48,484 bases of DNA from an uncultured Candidatus Saccharibacteria bacterium. GTDB lineage: Bacteria > Patescibacteriota > Andersenbacteria > UBA10190. The notes below the pieces were generated by a model. The model saw only the letters and a list, made by a program, of their open reading frames with translations. It was not told the DNA's origin and ran no database searches. The DNA lies in the NCBI GenBank assembly GCA_964359735.1, contig CAYHTZ010000007.1:1-48484 (forward strand). Reading direction: 5' to 3'. The position numbers were made by a program, and so were the translations under genes. This document shows, in pieces, positions 41,216 through 48,484 of the stretch (position 1 is the stretch's first letter; each line of letters starts with the position of its first letter).

Positions 41216-43012
41216 ATGAATGAAAGACCAAAAAGACGATCAGTAGAAGTAGAAGCCCTAGGAAGGCAAGAAAGAGGTGACTTAAAAGAAGGGTTTGAGA
41301 GATTGGCTGGCATCCCGGCTCCCACGGGAGAAGAAGAAAAGAGACGGGAATACATCAAGCGCTTAGTTGAGGAATGGAATGAGAAAATAGCAGATCCCGA
41401 GCGAAAGTTTGAGGTTCATGAAGACAAAGCCGGAAATATCTCCGTGCGCGTCCCAGATTCGAAAGGTTCCAAAGATAGGCCGGTCGCTGTAGTTCAAGCT
41501 CACTTAGACATGGTTACTGAGGGGGGTAATGACAAAGCAGGGACACAATGTGTTATTGATAGACGAGACGGATACCTCAAGTCACTAGATCAGAAAACCA
41601 CACTGGGGGCTGATAATGGAGCTGGAGTCACGTCAATGCTGCAGCTCATGGATGATATCGCGAACGGACGAATACAAGACCATGTCGAATTTGTCTTTCT
41701 CTTCACGGTGGGAGAAGAAGCTGCAGAACCCACTCTACAAGAAGATGACGTAACGTACGATAGTCGTGGCGGTCTTTATGGCGCCCGCCATCTAGATGCC
41801 AAGGAACACTTCGGGCACTTGGGGGATAGAGACGTAGTCTACATCAATACCGATTCCGAAGACGGAATCCAATTCTATACTGTGGACAGTGCTGCTGGCT
41901 CGAACATGCTTATTCAGGTTAATACTCGTGACCAGCGCGACGAAATTAACCGGGATCTTGAGACCATCATTGTTGTTGACATGAAGGGATTCAAATCGGG
42001 CCACTCTGCACTTGCAATCGCGGAGGGGCACGGCAACGCCATCGCGGCTACGGGTCACGCTCTGAAGTGGCTCGTAGACAATGGTATAGAAGTGCGCCCC
42101 GTCGAAATTGAGGGCGGTACCCAACCTAACGCCATTGCGAGTGAGAGCCATTGCACCTTCGCGATTCCTACTGAACAACTTACTAAAGCTCAGTACCTTC
42201 TTGATCAACTCAAGAAGGGAACATCGACAGAGTGGCGAGGCGTTCTAGCAGCCACTGGCCACAGAGAGTCAAAAGATCCAGATAATCACCCTCAGCTCGA
42301 GTGGGAGCTAGCACTAGAGGGCCGCTTTACTACCAAACTGAACCAAGAAGCTAGCCAGGATTTAATTACTCTTCTCACCGAGTTGCCCACAGGCCCGATC
42401 ACGTTAAAGCCAACTAAAAAGACACCGACAGAGAAAGACGAAGCGACGTCCTCGAATAATATAGGAAAGATCCGGACAACTAAAAACGGTGAAGTAGTAA
42501 TGAGCTTACTGCCGCGGGCACAGGAGGGGAGTGCCCAAGACAAAGCAAGAGGGTCGGTACCAAAAGGTTCACCCAAACTCGGAACTCTTGCTTATGTTCT
42601 AAGGGAAATTCGAGCCGCGCTTAATCAAACGCATAATAGTGAAATCGTATACGAAGCTCCCTGGGACAGTTGGAAGGAGCTCGGATCACCTGCAGCGGTG
42701 CAAGCCTGGGAAGAAGCATGTTCCGTGTTTCTTGGGATTACCCCCAAGTCAAAGCCAACTCAAGGTGGACTTGAGGCAGCCCTGGTGCTAGCAGCGCTGC
42801 GGGATCCCGCAATAGGGGCAAACAGTGTCTCCGGCATCTCGGTTGGTCCTCCCGTTAAAGAGGGTCATTCGCGAACAGAGAGGATGAAATGGCGCCTCTT
42901 TGTATTATTTGACTTAATGCTGCGCTACAAGTTGCTTCGCCTAGCGAAGCCAGATGCACACCCAGATGATCTTGTGAGAGAAGTACAAGAATCATTAGCA
43001 CCCGCAGCGTAA
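41216..43012 (+). CDS. M20C (PepD-like) aminoacyl-histidine dipeptidase homolog
   Basis: QAHLDMV, TTLGADNGAG, FTVGEE, INTDSED, SGHS, GHGNA, GGTQPNAI, GLE, GHSRTER. Start set to ATG 41216. Confidence 0.82.
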   Translation: MNERPKRRSVEVEALGRQERGDLKEGFERLAGIPAPTGEEEKRREYIKRLVEEWNEKIADPERKFEVHEDKAGNISVRVPDSKGSKDRPVAVVQAHLDMVTEGGNDKAGTQCVIDRRDGYLKSLDQKTTLGADNGAGVTSMLQLMDDIANGRIQDHVEFVFLFTVGEEAAEPTLQEDDVTYDSRGGLYGARHLDAKEHFGHLGDRDVVYINTDSEDGIQFYTVDSAAGSNMLIQVNTRDQRDEINRDLETIIVVDMKGFKSGHSALAIAEGHGNAIAATGHALKWLVDNGIEVRPVEIEGGTQPNAIASESHCTFAIPTEQLTKAQYLLDQLKKGTSTEWRGVLAATGHRESKDPDNHPQLEWELALEGRFTTKLNQEASQDLITLLTELPTGPITLKPTKKTPTEKDEATSSNNIGKIRTTKNGEVVMSLLPRAQEGSAQDKARGSVPKGSPKLGTLAYVLREIRAALNQTHNSEIVYEAPWDSWKELGSPAAVQAWEEACSVFLGITPKSKPTQGGLEAALVLAALRDPAIGANSVSGISVGPPVKEGHSRTERMKWRLFVLFDLMLRYKLLRLAKPDAHPDDLVREVQESLAPAA

Positions 43013-43025
43013 TTTGATTTCAAAC

Positions 43026-43835
43026 ATGTCCGCACCCACACCAGAGAACGCAAGACCAAAACAGCCGGGAGTGCCTTCTGCTGAGGATTTATTGCGTCAA
43101 GCTGCTATCTCTGAGGCTTTGACGGAAGCATTTCCCGCCTTACGCAGCGACAAATTAAAAGGCGAGGCGCCATATCTTGTTTCTAAACTCATTGCTGTAC
43201 CCGGTCTTTCCGCTGATAAAGCACCCCTGCAAGAATACATGAGGCATCTTCACGAAGTAGCAAACGTTTTTGCAAGGTCTTCTCTTCAGGCTGGTCTAGA
43301 TGGAGAGCAAGATGTAACTGTAAACGATTTTGACCGTGCCCTACGTGGTGCGCTTGAGCTATGTCCAAATCCGGACTCCATGGTGTGGTGGGGGTCAGCT
43401 ATCTCGAGCTGGAGGGCTCGGCATGGTGAGGAGGCAGATCGCATGCGCCGGTTGAGACAGGTTGCGCGGTTAGCACGTGGGAAACCGTATACCGAACAAG
43501 ACGTCCAGGCAAGAATGGATCGTCTCCAGCTCGCCTTTGACCTCTTTCCGAGCGACGCAGGAAAGCGGATGATTTTCTTGGATGGCGTGGTAACTTCCTC
43601 CTCGGCCGATTTTGAAGCCCAGTGCGCGGTTGTCAGAGTGAGTCCGGCAACTCTCAGCGAACTGGTGCAGTTGCATCCGGGTCGAAGCGAAGAAGCAGAG
43701 TCAGACAGAGCTAGCAAACATACTCAATTGAGAAAAGACGCGATTGCTTTAGGAGTACACTTCTCAAACGCATTTCGGGAGCTGGTCCATCGTAATCCCC
43801 TAGCGTATATGCTCCTCTGGTTGCGGCAATGGTAA
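43026..43835 (+). CDS. Hypothetical protein
   Basis: Long ORF tiling the gap after pepD; no family recognised. Confidence 0.6.
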   Translation: MSAPTPENARPKQPGVPSAEDLLRQAAISEALTEAFPALRSDKLKGEAPYLVSKLIAVPGLSADKAPLQEYMRHLHEVANVFARSSLQAGLDGEQDVTVNDFDRALRGALELCPNPDSMVWWGSAISSWRARHGEEADRMRRLRQVARLARGKPYTEQDVQARMDRLQLAFDLFPSDAGKRMIFLDGVVTSSSADFEAQCAVVRVSPATLSELVQLHPGRSEEAESDRASKHTQLRKDAIALGVHFSNAFRELVHRNPLAYMLLWLRQW

Positions 43836-44740
43836 CGTTTTACGAAAATGGCGAGAGATCTCCTTTAGAGGAAGCCTTGGACGAGTTACGTAAGATATCT
43901 AACAGAAGTCTCGCTGCTGTTGGTATGTACGACTTTAGAGAATTGGAGACTGCGGTCTTTGATCGGTCGAACTACGAGGGATCTGTAAAACCAGATCCAG
44001 GCAGAGAAAAAGGCGATTTACCCCCGAGCCCAGCGCTACCAGTGTTATCTGTCCTCAAGCGTCTCGCCCTGAACGCAGCATTTCTCGCTGATCCGCGCTC
44101 TGATCCTGTTCCCCAATCAGGAGATCAGTCTCTTCAGCAGAAGCTGAGGCAAGTTGGCGAGCAATCCATGGGCGGGTCTGTTTCCGAAAAGACGTTGGGT
44201 GAGACGGTGGATCAGATGAACCGCATGTTAATCGACATGATGCAGCGGGAGCAGGTTGGAATAGATCCCAGGACAGTGGGAGCCATCGCTTGGCTTTCAC
44301 GGCGGTGTTTTGAGCTTCTTAGAAGCCTCACGTATGAGCGAGCGAGCGGTGCGAGACGGCAGGCATGGTTTCACTCCATCCTTTTGTTTCAAGAACTCAC
44401 AGGCTCTACTCGTGACTTTAATCAGGGTGAGTTTGAAGAATTTCTGCAGACACTCCAAAGGGCTGGTTCTCCTGAATTGGCTTTGCAGCTCGTTGGCCAA
44501 AGGACTGCCTCACATGTTGATAGCCTCACGAGGCGATTGAGCCTTGTCACGGGGCAGAAAAGTCTTATTGGTGGCCTGTTGGATGCGAACGTAGCGGCAG
44601 GACTCACTTTTGATCCACTGACCACGTTGCCTACTGAGAGTCTAATTGGAGAGCGGTATCGACAGGAGGCTTTACGGGAAGCTGCAGAGCGTCTGACTAG
44701 CTATGACGCACAGACCGGCAAGCCAGTAAAGAAAGAATAG
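43829..44740 (+). CDS. Hypothetical helical protein
   Basis: 303-aa ORF overlapping the previous stop; no family recognised. Confidence 0.6.
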   Translation: MVTFYENGERSPLEEALDELRKISNRSLAAVGMYDFRELETAVFDRSNYEGSVKPDPGREKGDLPPSPALPVLSVLKRLALNAAFLADPRSDPVPQSGDQSLQQKLRQVGEQSMGGSVSEKTLGETVDQMNRMLIDMMQREQVGIDPRTVGAIAWLSRRCFELLRSLTYERASGARRQAWFHSILLFQELTGSTRDFNQGEFEEFLQTLQRAGSPELALQLVGQRTASHVDSLTRRLSLVTGQKSLIGGLLDANVAAGLTFDPLTTLPTESLIGERYRQEALREAAERLTSYDAQTGKPVKKE

Positions 44741-44755
44741 GTCTGCAAGTTGTAC

Positions 44756-45217
44756 TTACCGAATCTGCTTGGCGAGCTTCAAGGCCTTTTTGAACTGGGA
44801 GGGCCTTACCGCCACATAGAATACGGCTTTTTCCCCTCTGCCCGTTGAAGCATGGAAGGCGTTTTCTATGTTGACGCGCCCGTTCGCGAGTTTGCGCGCA
44901 ATGGCTGCAATGACACCCGGGCGATCATCTGCGCAGTAAAATTTTAAGATTTCGGAAGTCGCAATTCTTTTACCCCGAGACGAGAGTACCTTTTTAGCCT
45001 TTGGAACGTTATCCACCACCAAATTATCGATGACAGTTTTCCCTCCCGAATGAGTTACTCCCACGCCATCAATGCTCACATCGGCAGCTGCCAGCGCCTC
45101 AGCAATATTGGCTAGCTCTCCTGGCTTATCAGTAAGCTTTACGCTGATTTGGGTCACTGGCTTCACCGTGACTTTGACCCCTCGCTTCGTTTTGGTTTTC
45201 GCTTTGGCTTTAGCCAT
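44756..45217 (-). CDS. Stand-alone tandem-ACT-domain protein with basic N-terminal tail
   Basis: QISVKLTDKPGELANIAEALAAADVSI; DRPGVIAAIARKLANGRVNIE. Confidence 0.87.
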   Translation of the reverse strand: MAKAKAKTKTKRGVKVTVKPVTQISVKLTDKPGELANIAEALAAADVSIDGVGVTHSGGKTVIDNLVVDNVPKAKKVLSSRGKRIATSEILKFYCADDRPGVIAAIARKLANGRVNIENAFHASTGRGEKAVFYVAVRPSQFKKALKLAKQIR

Positions 45218-45246
45218 ATCGAATATGCTTATGAATTAATGGGTAT

Positions 45247-45690
45247 TCAAACTTCCTGCGCAAGCTTTAGTGCCTTCTCAAAGCTCTCCTTGGCAACCGC
45301 AACGTAAACTACCGCGGCTTTCCCTCGGCCGGTGGAGGCGTAGTACATATTCTCTATATTAATTCCGTCGTCTCCAAGCTTACGAGCAATGGCCGCGATT
45401 ACGCCTGGTCGGTCATTGGAATAGTAAAAGTGCAACACTTCATCCGTGGATACTTTTTTGCCCATCGCCTCAATCGCCTTTATTGCCGCGGCCACGTTAT
45501 CAACTACCAAGTTTTCTTTTACCTTGCTCTCTGATACCGTGCGGCCAATACCCTCAATGTTGACGCCTGCCTCAGCAAGAGCCGCGGCAATTTTTGCCAG
45601 CTCCCCCGGAATATTATCAAGCGTGACGCTGATTTGGGTGGCAGCTTTAACACTGACCTCGCCCGTTTGTTTTGCTCCTTCTTCAGCCAT
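45247..45690 (-). CDS. Stand-alone tandem-ACT-domain protein (paralog)
   Basis: QISVTLDNIPGELAKIAAALAEAGVNIE; DRPGVIAAIARKLGDDGINIE. Confidence 0.87.
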   Translation of the reverse strand: MAEEGAKQTGEVSVKAATQISVTLDNIPGELAKIAAALAEAGVNIEGIGRTVSESKVKENLVVDNVAAAIKAIEAMGKKVSTDEVLHFYYSNDRPGVIAAIARKLGDDGINIENMYYASTGRGKAAVVYVAVAKESFEKALKLAQEV

Positions 45691-45772
45691 AGTAAATAAG
45701 ATTACGGATTAACCATGTAACCGTAGATTACGTTAGCTGGAAATGCAAGGCTCACGCTGATAGAATGTCTGA

Positions 45773-46516
45773 ATGGCTTCGATCCCCAAGCATGACGCTT
45801 TCTTTAAAAACTTACTGGATCGATTTTCTGTTCGCGAGGCGGACTTTGAGGCCTTCTCTTCTTTCTACACGGGTGACTACGAAAACTACGACAATAAAGT
45901 CTACGATGATTTGAAAGTATGCCTCGTCCACTTACGAGAATTTCTGAATGACAGCTGGTGGAACAATCGCTTTCACTTCCTGTGGAAATATTTTAGTCGC
46001 TACGAGCAAATTATCGACCTTGGCTTCAGTGTTCCATACTTGCCGGTTCGCTTGGCGCTACAAAATCAACTCAGCGAGCTTCCTTCCTTATTGTATGTTG
46101 AAAATAACCCATACTCAGAAAAATTTGCTCGTGAAATTTTGGAACTCCTTGGAGCTTCAGCTAGTTTTGTTACCGGCAACCTAGAGGAGAAAAACACCTG
46201 GGAAAACATTGCTAAATACACTCGTGAAGGGAAAAAACTCTTTTCAGCTTTTGAAGTTATTGAACATTTAAACAATCGAGAGGTGTTCTGGGTAAACCTT
46301 CAGTCCTTTTCTGGCTCGGATATGATGCTGAGTTTGCCCATTGGACCAAAGATCCCGTCCCATCATCTAGCGTTGAGCCGCGCCGCCGAGGCGGAGAAGT
46401 ATGTATCGCAGTACCTCGAAGTCGCGGAGAAAACGATTTTTGATGGCTCAAGCCAGGGGAGCAAGTTTAGTATCTTTACCGCCGTCGGAGCTATTAAGCC
46501 TACTGCCGCGGTGTAA
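45773..46516 (+). CDS. Putative class I methyltransferase-fold protein
   Basis: IIDLGFS (degenerate motif I), YVENNP, FVTGNLE, FEVIEHL. Confidence 0.6.
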   Translation: MASIPKHDAFFKNLLDRFSVREADFEAFSSFYTGDYENYDNKVYDDLKVCLVHLREFLNDSWWNNRFHFLWKYFSRYEQIIDLGFSVPYLPVRLALQNQLSELPSLLYVENNPYSEKFAREILELLGASASFVTGNLEEKNTWENIAKYTREGKKLFSAFEVIEHLNNREVFWVNLQSFSGSDMMLSLPIGPKIPSHHLALSRAAEAEKYVSQYLEVAEKTIFDGSSQGSKFSIFTAVGAIKPTAAV

Positions 46517-46523
46517 AACCTTC

Positions 46524-48464
46524 CTACACGATAAGCACCCTGGTCTGCAGAAGGTGCAAGTCTGCATTTCTGTCGATTGTCCACTCGACATCCTGCGGCG
46601 CATCAAATTCCTCCTCGAGGCTCATGTACATTGCGAAGAGGGCCTGGCACTGTTCGTCAGTGATGCCAGTTTTTTCCTGCGCTCCGGCCACATGGAGGCG
46701 CCGCCGCGTCTTTTTATCGAAAATCACTTTGGTCACCTCTGCCGTTCCATCGACAACACCTGCAGCTAGGCCGCGCGTGATTTCAATGACAACCTGATTC
46801 TTGTCCTTCATCTCAAGATTGCCGCCGAATATCACGCCGGAAAACTGTGGCGGTATCATCTCCTGTATCACCACCGCCATTTTCGCACTTTGCATCCCTA
46901 GGTCGCGCAGGAGGCTCACGACTGTCTCGCGGTGAGCCGATCGCCACACCAGCTGAACCGCACGCGGAATGTCCGGCATGGCTACGTTGATCTCAGTGTG
47001 AAATTGTCCCGCGAAGGCATTGACCTCACCGTCTTCGACATTAGCGCTGGAGCGTACGGAGTAGCGCTTGGCTGAGTCAAGTGTCCCGAGAAAAGTGGTG
47101 AATTCCTGGCTCGTAAGAAACCTCTCAGCATCAGCCTGCCGGGTGGTGACCACCGCACCAGGGGGAACCCGGTAGCCAAGAGCCATTAGTTTCCCCAGGT
47201 GGTATGCTTTACTGCCAACCAGCTCTGGTGAGTAAAGGCTAGCTTCTACCAGCGGCACGACGTTCCGCTTTTCGTCAATTGCTGGTGAGAGTTCCTCAAT
47301 CGTGGCGTGCCCTGCTTTCGCCGAGATTCGAACGTGACTCCCGTTCTTGAATTCCTTTGTTCCCACCACAAATGCATGGTGGCCTGCATCAACGAGCACG
47401 CGCATAGCGTGAGCCGTTGCACTCGTGCCAGGGTAGAGAATGTTCAGGTTCTCCTTCACTGACGCAATGGCATTGAGAGTGCCGTAGTCACGTTTTTGCA
47501 CCACCTTGCGGCCCACGAAGAGGATTTGGTTTGAGTTCCCCCGCTCAACGAAGCGAAGATCTTGTGGGCCATTGATAACAAGTACCTCACCCTCGCGATA
47601 GATCTCTTCGACCTGAGTATCATCGATCTCATAGCGAAATAGTTCGTTATAGTACATTTCATGCCCGTCGAAGGCGAACTCAACCCGCTGTGGATGCCGC
47701 ATCAACTCTGAAGTTTCTCGTACCACTAGTGCCGCCTCCAAGATTTCCAGATCACTAAGCACCTGTTCGAATTGAAATCGGAGGGGCAGCTTAAGCTTCT
47801 CAGCGTCAGAAAGGTGTGTGGTACAGATAGCGAACTCTTTTTGTGGGACAGATTTATCGGTGATAATAAGTCGCTCAATGTCAACTGTATATTCATCACT
47901 TCCAGGCAGCGATTGAACCCCTTCGTTGTTGCCGAAGACAGCGATGATGCGCACTGACCTGGCCTGGGCATCATTGGGAACTGCGTAGCCGCCGCGGGGC
48001 AGGATTGCGCTTTCAGGAATCTCGGCACCAAACTTGACGGTGGCGATAAATGGGTGGAAGAATGCCTCAATCGTGCTGCCTGTTTCCCGGTCATAGCCCT
48101 GGGTAACGGCAAACGTAAACACATTTTCTATTGCGGATATCACCTGTTCTGGAGTCTTAAGCCCGAGGTGCCTTGGACCTGGTGGATTTTCGAGGCTCGG
48201 CACATAGAAAGCCCGGCGTACAGCAATGAGTCCCGTAGCTGCGAGGGCTACCAATCGGGGAACCTCAGTGTGAATGCGTACTTTATCTTCAGGAGACAGC
48301 GTACTGTGGTCACGGAAATAGTGGAATGAATCGTGCGTTACAACGCAGGTATCAACTGTTTTGCCTACGGTGCGGCTCAGTCGTTTCTGGATTACGCCAA
48401 GTACTCGCAGCCCCCCAATTCTCTCACTATCTCCCTGATATTTTTCTATTGCTGTAATTGCCAT
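46524..48464 (-). CDS. Dikinase-like protein: degenerate PPDK_N ATP-grasp, phospho-His swivel, intact PPDK_N ATP-grasp
   Basis: C-terminal: GSKAYHL, VPPG, VRSSANVED..AFAGQF, VVIQEM, DVEW, LLQTR. Middle: GTSATAHAMRVL (His codon 47409-11). N-terminal: AVRRA, FGNNEGVQS, PQRVEFAFDG. Confidence 0.8.
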   Translation of the reverse strand: MAITAIEKYQGDSERIGGLRVLGVIQKRLSRTVGKTVDTCVVTHDSFHYFRDHSTLSPEDKVRIHTEVPRLVALAATGLIAVRRAFYVPSLENPPGPRHLGLKTPEQVISAIENVFTFAVTQGYDRETGSTIEAFFHPFIATVKFGAEIPESAILPRGGYAVPNDAQARSVRIIAVFGNNEGVQSLPGSDEYTVDIERLIITDKSVPQKEFAICTTHLSDAEKLKLPLRFQFEQVLSDLEILEAALVVRETSELMRHPQRVEFAFDGHEMYYNELFRYEIDDTQVEEIYREGEVLVINGPQDLRFVERGNSNQILFVGRKVVQKRDYGTLNAIASVKENLNILYPGTSATAHAMRVLVDAGHHAFVVGTKEFKNGSHVRISAKAGHATIEELSPAIDEKRNVVPLVEASLYSPELVGSKAYHLGKLMALGYRVPPGAVVTTRQADAERFLTSQEFTTFLGTLDSAKRYSVRSSANVEDGEVNAFAGQFHTEINVAMPDIPRAVQLVWRSAHRETVVSLLRDLGMQSAKMAVVIQEMIPPQFSGVIFGGNLEMKDKNQVVIEITRGLAAGVVDGTAEVTKVIFDKKTRRRLHVAGAQEKTGITDEQCQALFAMYMSLEEEFDAPQDVEWTIDRNADLHLLQTRVLIV

Positions 48465-48484
48465 GATGATATCTCACTTAGGTG

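Noticed and set aside
45691-45735. GATTACG direct repeat and TACGG/CCGTA stem upstream of the ACT pair
   Set aside because: Too short to distinguish from chance; no regulator nearby to test against.
1-48484. Alternative genetic code (TGA=Gly, code 25)
   Set aside because: Long conserved genes are open under code 11 and several end cleanly at TGA.

Overview
About 48.5 kb of compact bacterial chromosome, read in genetic code 11. It looks like Patescibacteria/CPR; this is an inference from giant secreted surface proteins, lipid-modifying genes without fatty-acid synthesis genes in the window, tightly overlapping genes and near-absence of Shine-Dalgarno sites. Left to right: (1) a giant FN3/beta-rich surface-protein gene running off the left edge (absent from the ORF track), and a collapsed relic of another; (2) a 12.5 kb surface-glycan locus (acyltransferase, 2OG-Fe dioxygenase, TMTC-like GT-C/TPR protein, two GT2, a GT8-like/GT4 fusion, two methyltransferases, Wzm/Wzt, two GT9); (3) two paralogous secreted proteins that each carry a second, internal signal-peptide-like segment; (4) comM, a histidine kinase lacking its H-box His, and a half-size MFS; (5) three tRNAs plus an interrupted tRNA half; (6) an NNMT-like methyltransferase, TrmH, PLD, cfa, recG, mpg and carS; (7) an unannotated 32-aa protamine-like ORF with its own promoter, SD and terminator; (8) tdh-kbl, VanW, Nudix, PepD-like peptidase, tandem ACT proteins and a dikinase-like protein with two ATP-grasp-like domains. 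Signals that gene names do not explain: a family of short CYTGCC-led hairpin elements inserted in frame inside conserved genes; a synonymously recoded second copy of the recG C-terminus right behind recG; and a -10 hexamer exactly 6 nt before at least 14 start codons (leaderless architecture). I found no rRNA, CRISPR array, integrase or transposase. All family assignments come from motif recognition by eye, not database searches.
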